From NCBI GenBank assembly GCA_965219025.1, contig OZ244716.1:1351812-1415811 (forward strand): 64,000 nucleotides of DNA. The letters run 5' to 3'. This DNA comes from Dehalococcoidia bacterium (lineage in GTDB: Bacteria > Chloroflexota > Dehalococcoidia > Lucifugimonadales > UBA2985). Within the stretch, counting starts at the first letter, position 1, and every line of letters starts with the position of its first letter. Both the position numbers and the translations under genes were made by a program. Of the stretch, positions 1 through 11,106 are shown piece by piece. The notes beneath the pieces are model-generated. The model was not told the DNA's origin. It ran no database searches and saw nothing but the letters and a program-made list of their open reading frames with translations.

Positions 1-22
1 GAGCGTGAGGTGACAGTCTCGT

Positions 23-49
23 ACCGCTCATGGTGAGCTCGTCGAACCA
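23..49. repeat. REP-like palindromic element arm
   Basis: ACCGCTCATGGTGAGCTCGTCGAACCA matches the reverse complement of 3814-3840 at 26 of 27 nt. Confidence 0.75.
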
Positions 50-99
50 TTTGAGGGGTGCGAGACACAAACTAGGGACGGCAGAGCGGGCCATGATGC

Positions 100-1260
100 T
101 TGGAGGCGTATGCGATGGCCATATACAGAATGGTCAATGGGAAGGAGAGGCTAGACAGAATCGCTCAGACCTCCTTTGGCAAGGAAGGAGTTCTGGAACG
201 TTGGGATTTGCAGCGCATTCTGCGCGACCAGGCTGAAGTGCTGGAAGACAAGCTACTAATCATCTATGAGGAATTCGGCGATTGGCAAGACTCAAAGCGA
301 AAGATCGACTTGCTAGGCCTGGACGACAAAGGTAGATTGGTGGTGGTTGAGCTGAAGCGTGGCGAGACTGGCGAGCATATGGATCTTCAGGCGATTCGGT
401 ATGCCGCCATGGTAGCGAATATGACCTTTGAGCATATAGTTCAGACCTATCAAGAATATCTTGCGAAACGTGCTAGCGAAGAGGGCAAGACCGTTGAAGA
501 GAATGCTGCCTATGACAGTATCCGGGAACATCTGAATATCAAGGAATCAGATAGCGAAGCGGTACATACAGACATTCCCAGAGTAATTCTGGCTTCCGAA
601 GACTTTAGTAAGGAACTTACTACTTGTGTGATGTGGCTAAACGATTCGTGGCTCAGGAGCATCGATCGGGAGATCAAATGTGTCAGGCTGCAACCGCACA
701 GGAATGGGGATGAAATACTGATAGAAGCCAGCGTTGCAGTTCCTCTACCTGAAGAGGCGGACTACAAAATTCAACTCGGAAAGCGGCAACAGGAAACAAG
801 AGAGAGTGGCTCTGCGAAGTCCGAAATCCTACTAGGTGGAGATAAGTTCAATGAGAGTATCGCTAGGGCGGATGAGAGTTACCGGCCTGGATTGGAACGT
901 CTTTATGAATGTGCAATTCGCCTAGAGGAGAGTCACCTTGCCGAACTTTTCACTTACGTCAATGGCAAGGGAGACTATATTCAACTGCGGCTATGGGTCC
1001 CCGACGGTAGCGAGATGTTGGTATCTTTCAATATGCTGCTGTTTAACGGAGGTGTTGGAGAGATCAGCCTCTGGGGAGGCTGGAATGAGCGTGCCTCTGT
1101 GTCAAGAGACCGCATGAATGAGTTAGTTGGTTCTGCTAAGTCTCCATCGGGAGTTCGTCACCGCAGGCTGTCAGTCGCTAAGACTTACGGTGACTTGGAA
1201 GAGATCTTGGGGGCCATACGTGAGGCTTATTGGGCATTGGCTAGCAGTCCTTCCGACTAG
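100..1260 (+). CDS. NucS/DUF91-like PD-(D/E)XK endonuclease domain protein
   Basis: 386 aa; motif [21 protein letters not shown]...QAIRYAAM typical of NucS-like domains; visibly more AT-rich than its neighbours. Confidence 0.7.
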   Translation: MEAYAMAIYRMVNGKERLDRIAQTSFGKEGVLERWDLQRILRDQAEVLEDKLLIIYEEFGDWQDSKRKIDLLGLDDKGRLVVVELKRGETGEHMDLQAIRYAAMVANMTFEHIVQTYQEYLAKRASEEGKTVEENAAYDSIREHLNIKESDSEAVHTDIPRVILASEDFSKELTTCVMWLNDSWLRSIDREIKCVRLQPHRNGDEILIEASVAVPLPEEADYKIQLGKRQQETRESGSAKSEILLGGDKFNESIARADESYRPGLERLYECAIRLEESHLAELFTYVNGKGDYIQLRLWVPDGSEMLVSFNMLLFNGGVGEISLWGGWNERASVSRDRMNELVGSAKSPSGVRHRRLSVAKTYGDLEEILGAIREAYWALASSPSD

Positions 1261-1288
1261 GCCAACGCAGTGGTGTGAGGAATCGTCA

Positions 1289-1972
1289 ATGGGAGCCACG
1301 ATCACCGTTGGGCTGCGTACGCAGGCGCCCGCCCGCTTCGGCGGCGGCCTCTGCGCATTGCTGACGGCGCTACCGCTCGTGCTGCTCGCGGCGGCGTGCG
1401 GAACGGACCCCACGCCGACCTCCATCCCCACGGCAACCCCGGTGCCCACGCCAACCCTGCAGCAGTACGGCTCGCCTCCGCCACTGACGATAGACCCGGA
1501 CAAGAGCTACACGGCAACGCTGGAGCTGGAGAAGGGAGGAGAGATCGTCATTGAGCTGTTCGCCAAGGAGGCGCCGGTGACGGTCAACAACTTCATCTTC
1601 CTGGCGCGTGAAGGCTACTACAACGGGGTGACCTTCCACCGCGTCATACCGGGATTCATGGCGCAGGGCGGCGACCCGACGGGCACGGGCAGCGGCGGCC
1701 CGGGATACAATATACCGGACGAGTTCAGCCCCCTGAGACGCCACGAAGGGCCCGGCGTGCTGTCGATGGCAAACGTCGGCCGTCCCGACACCGGCGGCGG
1801 CCAGTGGTTCATCACCTTCGCAGCCACTCCACACCTGGACGACGCGCATACGGTGTTCGGCCTGGTGGTAGAGGGGATGGACGTGGTGAACGGCATATCG
1901 CCACGCGACCCCGGAACGGCGACCTCGCCGGGCGACGCGATCTCCACCATCACCATTCAGGAGGGCGCATAG
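1289..1972 (+). CDS. cyclophilin-type peptidyl-prolyl cis-trans isomerase, lipoprotein
   Basis: [15 protein letters not shown] and LSMAN...GQWFIT motifs; lipobox LAAAC and Pro/Thr linker; start moved to ATG 1289 (GTGAGG upstream) from the track's 1127. Confidence 0.92.
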   Translation: MGATITVGLRTQAPARFGGGLCALLTALPLVLLAAACGTDPTPTSIPTATPVPTPTLQQYGSPPPLTIDPDKSYTATLELEKGGEIVIELFAKEAPVTVNNFIFLAREGYYNGVTFHRVIPGFMAQGGDPTGTGSGGPGYNIPDEFSPLRRHEGPGVLSMANVGRPDTGGGQWFITFAATPHLDDAHTVFGLVVEGMDVVNGISPRDPGTATSPGDAISTITIQEGA

Positions 1973-2068
1973 GCGGGGCAGCACCGGCCGCGGCGCGAGC
2001 CGGGGAGGGGCGGCGGTGAGTGTTGCGGACGAAGTAGCGAGTGTGCCAACTGAAGGAAGGAGACTTCG

Positions 2069-2761
2069 ATGGGTATTCTGGGGATCAAGAACCGCACGGA
2101 GAACTGGAAGACAGCGCAGCACTTTGCGCCATTCTTCTGGGATGAAGACGCCCGGGTGCGCCTTGCGCAGAAACTTGGCGAGCCTAATGGAACCAACGCG
2201 AAAGAAGTTCATGTGGAACTCTTCTGGAAGGGCTTCCGCGACTATACTCATAAACAAAAGACAACCCCGGACAAGGTGGCGTCAATCTATATGACGAAAT
2301 TTCACGACCTCCGGCAAAGTATTGAGGACTATGGCTCGCGTCATCCAAACCATCGTCTCCAGCTTCAGGCACACAACTATGATGCGTCTCCGAACAATCG
2401 ATCCACTTTGCTTGGCAACCTAGAAGGCACAGAAATCGACATCGCTGTCGAAACCAACGACTGCCTAATGATCGGCGAAGCCAAGGACGAAAGCGGCCTA
2501 GATACCGATGCAACGTATATCTTGGTACATCAGCTAGTCCGGGAATACGTCATGGCAAGGATCCTGCTTGAGCTTGTTGGTAGCCAGAAGAAGGTGGTGC
2601 CATTTCTTGTCAGGCCCAGCCCAAGCGGTAGAGAGCAAGCTCAGGTTGAGTTTATGATTGCTCATTACGGAATGAGGCGCACCAATGTGCTCACTTGGGA
2701 GGACATTGAGGCACTTTGGCCCGAGCACCTGCGCCGGAAGCGTGACGCCCCGTTCCAATAG
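2069..2761 (+). CDS. hypothetical protein, putative PD-(D/E)XK nuclease
   Basis: 230 aa, RBS AAGGAG; TEIDIAVETNDCLMIGEAKDES resembles a D...ExK catalytic motif; AT-richer codon usage. Confidence 0.55.
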   Translation: MGILGIKNRTENWKTAQHFAPFFWDEDARVRLAQKLGEPNGTNAKEVHVELFWKGFRDYTHKQKTTPDKVASIYMTKFHDLRQSIEDYGSRHPNHRLQLQAHNYDASPNNRSTLLGNLEGTEIDIAVETNDCLMIGEAKDESGLDTDATYILVHQLVREYVMARILLELVGSQKKVVPFLVRPSPSGREQAQVEFMIAHYGMRRTNVLTWEDIEALWPEHLRRKRDAPFQ

Positions 2762-2815
2762 GGTCCCGCTCAACCTTTGTTAGGCCGCAATTTCGGATTT
2801 TAATGGGAGGGTAAC

Positions 2816-3745
2816 ATGAGCAACTTTGAGAGAATGCAGGCCCGCATCGCTGCAGGAGAGACGATCCTGATGGACGGTGGCATGGGCTCGGAGTTCGAGC
2901 TGCGAGGGCTGGCGAGTCCCAAGGTGTGGTCGGGCGGCCCGATGCTCACGCATCCCGAGCTGGTGAGGGACATTCACCAGGAGTACATCGATGCGGGCGC
3001 CGAGATCATCATCACGAACACCTTCGGCACCGGGCGCGACATGCTGGAACGGGGCGACCTCGGGCACAGGGTGGCCGAGGCCAACCGGCTGGGCATCGAG
3101 GCGGCGGTGCAGGCGAGGAGAAACGCCGGGAAGGAGGACTCGGTCGTGATTGCGGCTTCCGTATCGACCATGACCCCCAAGGAGCACGCGCAGACCCCGG
3201 TGCCCTACGAGGAGGCCCTGGAGACCTACCGGGAGCAGCTGGGGGAGCTGGCGAAGGGCGGCCCGGACGTGGCGGTGGGCGAGATGCTGATCCGGATATC
3301 GGACACGCTGGCGTCGATAGACGCGGCGGCGGAGCTGGGCCTGCCGGCGTGGGTCGGGCTATCGCTGGTCCGGGACGGCGACGAGCTCTACCTGGGCATC
3401 CGTGGCAGACAAGGAGAAGGCACGCACGGAGGCGAGACGCTTCAGGACGCGATGGACGCCATCAAGGACAGGGACGTCGCGGCGGTGTTCGTGATGCACA
3501 CGCCGGTGGATAACACGGGGCCGGGGCTGGAGATAGTCAAGAGGAACTGGTCGGGGACATTCGGCGCCTATGCCCACTTCCCTGGCAGCCGGGGCCCGAA
3601 CCCGCGGGCGAACGTCCTGGACCCGCAGCAGTACCTTGAGTACGCCAAGGGTTGGCGTGAGCAGGGTGCGCGGATAATCGGCGGTTGCTGTGGCACGAGA
3701 CCCGACCACATCCGGGCGCTCAGTGAGTGGCTGTCGGGCGCGTAG
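2816..3745 (+). CDS. homocysteine S-methyltransferase family protein
   Basis: LMDGGMGSE, AGAEIIITNTF and IIGGCCGT motifs; RBS GGAGG. Confidence 0.88.
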   Translation: MSNFERMQARIAAGETILMDGGMGSEFELRGLASPKVWSGGPMLTHPELVRDIHQEYIDAGAEIIITNTFGTGRDMLERGDLGHRVAEANRLGIEAAVQARRNAGKEDSVVIAASVSTMTPKEHAQTPVPYEEALETYREQLGELAKGGPDVAVGEMLIRISDTLASIDAAAELGLPAWVGLSLVRDGDELYLGIRGRQGEGTHGGETLQDAMDAIKDRDVAAVFVMHTPVDNTGPGLEIVKRNWSGTFGAYAHFPGSRGPNPRANVLDPQQYLEYAKGWREQGARIIGGCCGTRPDHIRALSEWLSGA

Positions 3746-3749
3746 GGGG

Positions 3750-3840
3750 GGATTCGCTCGTCTTGGCCTTGTCCAAGGACCTGAGCGGGCGACGAACGTG
3801 CTGCACGCTCAATTGGTTCGACAAGCTCACCATGAGCGGT
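3750..3840. repeat. REP-like element between convergent genes
   Basis: Right arm TGGTTCGACAAGCTCACCATGAGCGGT is nearly identical to revcomp(23-49); degenerate left arm resembles 62328-62365. Confidence 0.65.
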
Positions 3841-3869
3841 GATGCTTCGCTGGCGCCGCGCCTGTCCCC

Positions 3870-5963
3870 TTACCCCGGCAGGAGCTTGACGGGGCCGAGG
3901 CCGCCCGGGTCCAGGGCGCCGCCGGGGCCGTCCGGCGCGTCCAGCTGCTCCGCAAGCTCGCCCGCGTCCGTCACCGGCCGTTGGCAGACGTAGCTGTGGC
4001 ACACGTAGGCAGTCGGCCGGCCGCCCTGCATCACCTTGTCCTCCAGCAGTGGCATGTCGGGGTGGGAGGTGCCGCCGGCGGGGTCGAAGCCGGCCAGCAC
4101 GCGGTTCGGCAGGTAGCGGCGGTGCACGGCGTTGAGCAGCGACCGCGTGGCATCGTCGTCGAGCGGGCCGACGATGGCGATCTCGTGGGGCGACGACAGG
4201 TGGAAGTCCAGCGCGCCGAGCCAGTTGCCGAAGCCCTCGGGAACGCGGGCCATGTACGGCTGAACGGACCTGAGCGCAGCCGCGGCCGTGCGGGAGTAGG
4301 ACGGCTCGTCGGTGAGCACGCTCAGGCGGAGCACCACGTCCGTGGCCGCGGAGCCGCCCGATGGCATCGCGTTGTCGGTGATGTCACGCGGGCGCACGAT
4401 AAGCGTCTCGTGGTCGGTGCCCGTGTCGTAGAACTTCGCCTCGCGCTCGTCCCAGAACAGCTCCAGCATCCGCCGCGCCAGGTCGCTCGCCTCGTCAAGC
4501 CACCTGCGATCGAATGTGGCCTCGTACAGTGCTATGAGGCCGCCGGCGAGCATGGCATAGTCCTCCAGGTAGGCGTTGAGCCTGGCCTGGCCGTCCCGGT
4601 AGGTGCGCAGCAGACGCCCGTCGGGCTTCATGTTCGACAAGATGAACGTGGCGTTGGCGATTGAGGCCTCCAGGTAGTCCGGCCTGTTGAGCACGGCCGC
4701 GCCAAGGGCGATGCTGTGGAGCATCAGGCCGTTCCAGGCAGTCAGCACCTTGGTGTCGGTTGCGGGCGGTACGCGGCCGCCGCGGCTCTCAAGCAGCAAT
4801 CGCTTGCCCCTGGCGATAACGCCGTCCGTTTCCGAACCGGCCGCGTCCTCGCTGCCGGCGGGCAGGTGGAGGATGTTCCGCCCCTCGAAGTTGCCCTCGT
4901 GCGTCACGCCGAAGTGTGCCTGCACAACCGCGCCGTCCTCGCGGCCGAGCACGCCGTCGATCTCGCCGGGCGTCCACACGAAGAACTTGCCCTCCTCGCC
5001 CTCGCTGTCGGCGTCCTGCGCTGAGTAGAAGCCGCCGAGCGGGTCGGTCATCTCGCGGAGCACGTAGTCGATGGTCTCCTGCGCGATGCGGGCGTAGAGG
5101 GGGCTGCCGGTGGCTTGGTATGCGTGTATATACAGGCGGCTCAAGAGAGCGTTGTCGTAGAGCATCTTCTCGAAGTGTGGGACGAGCCAGAACGGGTCGG
5201 TTGAGTAGCGATGGAAGCCGCCGCCAAGCTGGTCGTACATGCCGCCGCGCGCCATGCGGCCGAGGGTCAGCTCCACCATTTCGAGTGCGTGGGCGTCGCC
5301 GGTCGCGGCGTGGTGCCTGAGCAGGAAGTCGAGCGCCATGGGCTGCGGGAACTTCGGCGCGGTGCCGAATCCCCCGTGCTCGGCGTCGAAGCCGTTGCGC
5401 AGCCGCGCGTAAGCCAGGGACATGGTGTCCTTTGAGAGAGGCGTGTAGTCCGTGAGCGCCTGCCCCATGCTGCCCATTGCCGCGGTGATCTCCTTTGCGG
5501 AGCTGGCCACGTCGCTGCGGCGCTGCCTGTAGGCGTCCGAGATGGCGGCCAGCACCCGCGGAAAGCCGGGCATGCCGTGGCGGTCCTCGGGCGGGAAGTA
5601 GGTGCCGCCGTAGAACGGCTCGCCGGCGGGCGTGAGGAACATCGAGAGGGGCCAGCCGCCGCGGCCGGTCATGGCCTGGATGGCGCCCATGTAGATGGAG
5701 TCGATGTCCGGGCGCTCCTCACGGTCCACCTTCACGCTTACGAAGCTCGCGTTCATGAGGGCCGCGATGTCGTCGTTCTCGAACGACTCCCGCTCCATGA
5801 CGTGGCACCAGTGGCATGCGGAGTAGCCGATGCTGAGGAAGATGGGCCTGTCGTCCGACCGCGCCCGTGCGAGAGCCTCCTCGCCCCAGGGGTACCAGTC
5901 CACGGGGTTGTGAGCGTGCTGCAGCAGGTATGGGCTGGTCTCGTGAATCAGGCGGTTTGGCAT
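3870..5963 (-). CDS. thioredoxin domain-containing protein (YyaL/DUF255, SSP411 family)
   Basis: [28 protein letters not shown] and [11 protein letters not shown] signatures. Confidence 0.93.
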   Translation of the reverse strand: MPNRLIHETSPYLLQHAHNPVDWYPWGEEALARARSDDRPIFLSIGYSACHWCHVMERESFENDDIAALMNASFVSVKVDREERPDIDSIYMGAIQAMTGRGGWPLSMFLTPAGEPFYGGTYFPPEDRHGMPGFPRVLAAISDAYRQRRSDVASSAKEITAAMGSMGQALTDYTPLSKDTMSLAYARLRNGFDAEHGGFGTAPKFPQPMALDFLLRHHAATGDAHALEMVELTLGRMARGGMYDQLGGGFHRYSTDPFWLVPHFEKMLYDNALLSRLYIHAYQATGSPLYARIAQETIDYVLREMTDPLGGFYSAQDADSEGEEGKFFVWTPGEIDGVLGREDGAVVQAHFGVTHEGNFEGRNILHLPAGSEDAAGSETDGVIARGKRLLLESRGGRVPPATDTKVLTAWNGLMLHSIALGAAVLNRPDYLEASIANATFILSNMKPDGRLLRTYRDGQARLNAYLEDYAMLAGGLIALYEATFDRRWLDEASDLARRMLELFWDEREAKFYDTGTDHETLIVRPRDITDNAMPSGGSAATDVVLRLSVLTDEPSYSRTAAAALRSVQPYMARVPEGFGNWLGALDFHLSSPHEIAIVGPLDDDATRSLLNAVHRRYLPNRVLAGFDPAGGTSHPDMPLLEDKVMQGGRPTAYVCHSYVCQRPVTDAGELAEQLDAPDGPGGALDPGGLGPVKLLPG

Positions 5964-6209
5964 GGGAGTCCTTCCGGGAGAGGTTGGCGCCGACGCGTCT
6001 CCATTCTCTCAGAAGCGGCCCCGAAAGGGAATGAGTCGGTGGGCGGTGCGATCTTCCGGGCGTTCGTGAATGGCGACTTGACTATAGGGGCGCTCGTGTG
6101 TCAAGTGCATACTCGGAACTCTGCTAACACCCCATCCTGTAATGGACTGCTCTTGCTATAGCGTGGGAACGCGTATAGAATTGCCCTTACGCGTGGCAGA
6201 GGGGGAAGC

Positions 6210-6806
6210 ATGAAGGTCATTGGTCTGGCGGGCGGAATCGGGACCGGCAAGAGCGAGGTTTCCCGCATCCTGGGCGAGATGGGGGCTGAGGTGCTCAACG
6301 CCGACCGGTACGGCCACGAGGTCTATCTGCCCGGTACGGACGGCCTCCGTGAGGTTGTGGAGGCGTTCGGAGAGGACGTGCTGCAGCCGAACGGCGAGGT
6401 GGACCGGCGCGCGCTGGGCGGCAAGGTGTTCGGCAACCCGGAGGCAATGGCCCAACTGAACGCGATCGCCTGGCCGCGCATCCGTCAGAAGCTAGAGGAT
6501 GGCATCGAGGAGCAGCGGCAGCTGGGCACCGGCGTTGTCGTGCTGGACGCTGCTGTGCTGATAGAGGCGGGCTGGACGGACGCCGCGGACGAGGTGTGGG
6601 TGGTGACGGCGCCCGAGGGGGACGTCGTAAGCCGCCTTCAGGCCCGTAACAATCTCACGGAGGAACAGGTCAGGGCCCGCATGGCTTCGCAGATGTCCTC
6701 GGAAGAGCGAGTGAAGCACGCGGATGTGGTCGTGGCCAACGATGGTGACCTGCAGGGCCTCCAGAGCAATATCGAAAAGCTGTGGCAGGAGCGGCTGGAC
6801 GGCTAG
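6210..6806 (+). CDS. coaE: dephospho-CoA kinase
   Basis: [13 protein letters not shown]-loop, [18 protein letters not shown]. Confidence 0.93.
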   Translation: MKVIGLAGGIGTGKSEVSRILGEMGAEVLNADRYGHEVYLPGTDGLREVVEAFGEDVLQPNGEVDRRALGGKVFGNPEAMAQLNAIAWPRIRQKLEDGIEEQRQLGTGVVVLDAAVLIEAGWTDAADEVWVVTAPEGDVVSRLQARNNLTEEQVRARMASQMSSEERVKHADVVVANDGDLQGLQSNIEKLWQERLDG

Positions 6807-6825
6807 GCGCCTGCCGGGAGGAGCA

Positions 6826-7713
6826 ATGGCTGAAGCTGAAACATACACCTCCTATCGTACCGAGGAGTACGTCATCAAGGAGGAACCCTTTTACCTGCCC
6901 GTTGGCGACGAAGTTGAGCTGTTCGAGGTGGCATACTCGCAGCAGATGCCGGTCCTGCTGAAGGGGCCCACGGGCACCGGCAAGACCCGCTTCGTCGAGT
7001 ACATGTGCTATCGCTTGGGTCGGCCCGTAACCAGGATCACCAGGGGCAAGCGCTCCGGCAGCCGGTCGACAGGCGCCAGCGTCCCGCTCATGACGATAGC
7101 CTGCCACGAAGACCTCACGGCAAGCGACCTTGTGGGCCGCTACCTGCTGGAGGGAGACGAGACCCGGTGGATGGACGGGCCGTTGGCAAGGGCCGTCAAG
7201 GTGGGAGCCATCTGCTACCTGGATGAGGTGGTGGAGGCCAGAAAGGACACCACCGTGCTCATCCATCCGCTCACCGACCATCGACGCTTGTTGCCCATTG
7301 ACAAGCGTGGCGAGATAATCGAGGCCCACAAGGGCTTCCTGATGGTGCTCTCCTACAACCCCGGCTACCAGAGCGCGCTCAAGGACCTGAAGCACAGCAC
7401 GCGGCAGCGGTTCATGGCCATGGAGTTCAACGCGCCGCCGCCGGAGCTTGAGGCCGAGATCATCAAGCACGAGAGCGGGGCTTCTGCGTCGGTGTCCCTG
7501 GCCCTTGCCAAGCTGGGCGAGAAGGTGCGCAACCTGAGAGACCACGGCCTGCAGGAGGGTGTGGGCACAAGACTCCTGATCTACGCCGGCAAGCTGATTA
7601 ACAACGGGATTGCCCCGCGCAGAGCATGCCAGGTGGCCGTCACCTGGGCGCTGACCGACGACCAGCAGGTCCAGCGCAGCATAGACGAGGTCATTAACTC
7701 CATCTTCGAGTAG
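6826..7713 (+). CDS. CbbQ/NirQ/NorQ family MoxR-type AAA+ ATPase
   Basis: [48 protein letters not shown]; start ATG 6826 after GGAGGAG. Confidence 0.92.
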   Translation: MAEAETYTSYRTEEYVIKEEPFYLPVGDEVELFEVAYSQQMPVLLKGPTGTGKTRFVEYMCYRLGRPVTRITRGKRSGSRSTGASVPLMTIACHEDLTASDLVGRYLLEGDETRWMDGPLARAVKVGAICYLDEVVEARKDTTVLIHPLTDHRRLLPIDKRGEIIEAHKGFLMVLSYNPGYQSALKDLKHSTRQRFMAMEFNAPPPELEAEIIKHESGASASVSLALAKLGEKVRNLRDHGLQEGVGTRLLIYAGKLINNGIAPRRACQVAVTWALTDDQQVQRSIDEVINSIFE

Positions 7714-7794
7714 GCCGTCGCATTCGGCAGCCCCTGGGCCGGACCGGCAGACGATGCTTACCCTCAGCCCCGGAAGGCTCGGGCAGATTGCACC

Positions 7795-10700
7795 ATGCAG
7801 CAAGTGACACTAGCCGAGACCGAGGAGAAGTTCCAGCGCTACCCCAAGGATCTCTCTGAGGCGCTCAGAGAGGCCTGGACACCCGTCTCAGAGTCGCTCA
7901 GCGATGAGGAGATGGTGGCATGGGTGGACTGGGGTCTCGCCATCTCACAGCAGGCCGGCCGCTCCTGGGAGGCGGCGAGGGAGTACTTCCGGGCAAGCCC
8001 TGCGGCAGTCCGGGCGCTTCCCTTTGTGCACCTGAAGCAGTGGGGCTACTGGGGCAACTCCATTGCGGAGGAGTCACCGGCGGCATCCGGGGCATACTTC
8101 CGGGCCAGCCCGCGCATAGTCGTCAGCCTCAAGCCGTGGGACGTGTCCGAGTGGGCCCAGATCGGAAAGAGACTGTACGGCAGGGGCAGGCGGTCCGGCG
8201 TGCTGACCACCCGCTACTTCGAAGTGAGCGGAGACCTGCTGTCCGTCCTGACCTTCAGCGAGCTTCAGCATCTCGTGACGATGATGGAGTCCATCGCCGA
8301 GCGGTCGGTTGACGAGGCCGCGTCCTTTCTGTCGCTGTCCGGCGAGGTGCTGCCCACGCTCAGGGAGGATACCAGGTCCTGCCTTTCGCTCATCTCGGCG
8401 CTCTTGGGTAAAGAGTGGCAGCAGGCAACGGGTTGCCTGCAGGTGGTGGGCGAGTCGCTTGCCCGCGTGGAACGCGTGGAGCGCTCCCGCTACCTGTCGC
8501 TGGTTGGTCGCATTGCAGGGTTCGGCGGCCTGAACGTACCGGCCTTCCTTCGGGACAGTTCTTCGGCGCTGGGCCAGCTGGATGGATACGTGCACGTTCA
8601 CGTTCTCAACATGGCGGACTCGCTGTCCCGAATAGACCACGGGGTGGTGCTGGACTACCTGAAGGGCGTGCCCCAGGTGCTCCGGCGCGTCAGCATCAAC
8701 CAGCTGGAGGCGTGGTACGAGACGGGGGTCGCAATCCTTAAGGAGAACCCGGAGGGCGGCGCGGCCTACTTCAAGGGCGAGTCATCGCGTTCCGAAGAGG
8801 TGCTCGAAAAGCTGTCGACGGGTGTGGAGTTCGGCCGAGTCAAGGAGGTGATGCGCCTCTACTGCCGCGCCCTTTCGGCGCTGGACGTGGAGATTTCAGC
8901 CCACGAGGCGGAGGATACGCAGGGCAAGGGCTGGGTGGCCCTGGAGAAGATGATGGCGGAAGGCGCCACCGTCTATCTGCCGCCCGTTGCGGAGCGATTC
9001 GGGAACAAGGATGAGAACTTCGACTGGTACAAGGTGGTGGCCACGCACCAGGTTGCCCACCTGGAGTTCCAGAGCTTCGATTTCTCCTTCGACAGGCAGG
9101 CAACCCAGTTCACCGACATGCGGAGTCGACTGCTTCCTGAGCCGTCCGAGGACGACGGTGACGCAGCGCCGCCCGACGGCCGCGCCGTGGGACTCGCGGA
9201 CATTCAACGCTTCTTCGCCATGTTCGTGGAGGGCAACCTGGCGAGGGACATATTCACCGCCGTGGAGGACTGCCGTCTGGACTATCGCGTAAAGGTGGAG
9301 TACCCGGGCATCCGGCAGGCGTACGCCGGAGTGCAGGGCCTGGCCCTCTCGGAGCGGCCGCGGCTGGAGGAGATGCCGGCGCGCGAGGCCATGGTGGAGC
9401 TGCTCATTCGTTTCAGCCTGCAACAGGGCAGGGAGTTGATGGTTCCGGAGCGATTCGCAGGGTCGGCCAGGGCGCTCTGGGACGTAGTCCGGCCGCTGTC
9501 CAGCCCTCAGGCGCTGGTAGAAGACAGCGCGGAGGCCACCATTCGCATATACCAGATCATTTCGCAGGTGCCCAACGAGGAAGTGCCCGAGGAGGAGTGG
9601 CAGCAGGGCGACTTCCCGGATGAGCAGACGCCGTCCATGAGCGATGAGGAGTGGGAGGAGCTGCTTCAAGAGCTGCTCGAGGCGCAGCAGCAGTTCGGCG
9701 AAGGCGAGGAGCAGTCCTACGAATCGCCGCCGCAGGTGGATTACCGCGGCGATTTCAAGCCGGAGCTAATGCAGGTCATCTCCATGCTCCGGGAGTCGCA
9801 GAGGGAGCGCGGGGCCAAGGGCGAGACAATCTCCAAGGGTGAGATGGAGAGGCTCCTGGCAGAGGCAAACCAGCCCGTCACCAATACACCGGGCGTTGAC
9901 CCCCAGCGCAAGGGCATGTTTGTTACGGACCTGGTCAAGGAGATTGGCTCTCGCGGAAGTCCGCAGGGCGCCATCCAGCAGACCAGCATGGCCTACGACC
10001 CCTCCTACGACGAGGAGGAGCAGGGAGGGCCGCTCGAGGTCAAGGAGCCGGCCTCCTTCCTCTACGACGAGTGGGACTATCGCATGTCGGACTACCGCTC
10101 GCGGTGGTGCTTGCTGCGCGAGAAGGACATGTCGGAGGGGGACGCGACCTACTTCACCGCCACGCTGGACGGCTATGCGGGCCTGGCGGCGCAGATACGG
10201 CGGCAGTTCGAGCTGATGGTACCTCAGGGCCTGCAGAAGGTGAAGCGGCAGCAGGACGGCGACGAGCTGGAGCTGGACGCGGTGATTGAGGCAATGGTGG
10301 ACAGGCGCTCCGGGACTTCGCCGTCTGAGAAGGTGTACGTGCGGCGCAACAAGGTGCATCGCGACGTGGCTGTCGTGTTCCTTATGGACATGAGCGCGTC
10401 CACGGCTGAGGCTATCGACGAATCGCGGCGCCTCGCGGACGAGTGGGACGCGCCGGACGACCCGCTGGAGTACATGTTCTGGCTGCGAAGCCGCAGGGGC
10501 GAGGGAGTAAGACGCAGCTACAAGCGCATTGTGGACCTGGAGAAGGAGAGCCTTGTGCTTCTCATCCACGCGCTGGAGACCATCGGCGACACCTACGGCA
10601 TATACGGCTTCTCCGGCTACGGGCGGGAGAACGTGGACTTCTTTGTCATCAAGGACGTCCAGGAGGCGCTTTCCGACAGGGTGAAGCGCCGGATCGACAA

Positions 10701-11049
10701 GGTGTCCCCGCTTCAGGCAACGCGAATGGGGCCGGCCATACGCCACGCCGTGACCAAGCTGGACCAACTGGAGGCGCGCACCAAGTTCCTGGTGCTCATC
10801 AGCGATGGGCGGCCGCAGGACCGCGGCTACAGCCGCGAGGGCGTGGAGAAGGAGTACGCCATCCACGACACTCGGGTGGCTCTCCTGGAGACCAGGCGCC
10901 GCGGGATCACCCCGTTCTGCCTTACCGTGGACAAAGAGGGCCACGACTACCTGCGGTCGATGTGCCAGGACATGGGGTACGAGGTGCTGGCGGACATCCA
11001 CTCGCTGCCCCGCCGGCTGCCCGCGCTGTACCGCAGCCTCACGGTCTAG
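7795..11049 (+). CDS. NorD/CbbO-like von Willebrand factor A domain protein with long helical N-terminal region
   Basis: 1084 aa; YDEWDY motif, MIDAS-like LMDMSAST, TRMGPAIRH, LVLISDGRPQD; directly follows the CbbQ/NorQ gene. Confidence 0.88.
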   Translation: MQQVTLAETEEKFQRYPKDLSEALREAWTPVSESLSDEEMVAWVDWGLAISQQAGRSWEAAREYFRASPAAVRALPFVHLKQWGYWGNSIAEESPAASGAYFRASPRIVVSLKPWDVSEWAQIGKRLYGRGRRSGVLTTRYFEVSGDLLSVLTFSELQHLVTMMESIAERSVDEAASFLSLSGEVLPTLREDTRSCLSLISALLGKEWQQATGCLQVVGESLARVERVERSRYLSLVGRIAGFGGLNVPAFLRDSSSALGQLDGYVHVHVLNMADSLSRIDHGVVLDYLKGVPQVLRRVSINQLEAWYETGVAILKENPEGGAAYFKGESSRSEEVLEKLSTGVEFGRVKEVMRLYCRALSALDVEISAHEAEDTQGKGWVALEKMMAEGATVYLPPVAERFGNKDENFDWYKVVATHQVAHLEFQSFDFSFDRQATQFTDMRSRLLPEPSEDDGDAAPPDGRAVGLADIQRFFAMFVEGNLARDIFTAVEDCRLDYRVKVEYPGIRQAYAGVQGLALSERPRLEEMPAREAMVELLIRFSLQQGRELMVPERFAGSARALWDVVRPLSSPQALVEDSAEATIRIYQIISQVPNEEVPEEEWQQGDFPDEQTPSMSDEEWEELLQELLEAQQQFGEGEEQSYESPPQVDYRGDFKPELMQVISMLRESQRERGAKGETISKGEMERLLAEANQPVTNTPGVDPQRKGMFVTDLVKEIGSRGSPQGAIQQTSMAYDPSYDEEEQGGPLEVKEPASFLYDEWDYRMSDYRSRWCLLREKDMSEGDATYFTATLDGYAGLAAQIRRQFELMVPQGLQKVKRQQDGDELELDAVIEAMVDRRSGTSPSEKVYVRRNKVHRDVAVVFLMDMSASTAEAIDESRRLADEWDAPDDPLEYMFWLRSRRGEGVRRSYKRIVDLEKESLVLLIHALETIGDTYGIYGFSGYGRENVDFFVIKDVQEALSDRVKRRIDKVSPLQATRMGPAIRHAVTKLDQLEARTKFLVLISDGRPQDRGYSREGVEKEYAIHDTRVALLETRRRGITPFCLTVDKEGHDYLRSMCQDMGYEVLADIHSLPRRLPALYRSLTV

Positions 11050-11106
11050 GCACCGGGCGCGGCGCGAACGGAACGCCACCTAATGGGCCGCACAGCTACC
11101 CACCGT

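Noticed and set aside
2768-2785. GCTCAAC-CTTT-GTTAGGC resembling attC core sites after the foreign gene 2069-2761
   Set aside because: Only 4 nt separate the cores, so no L boxes or stem are possible, and there is no matching upstream core
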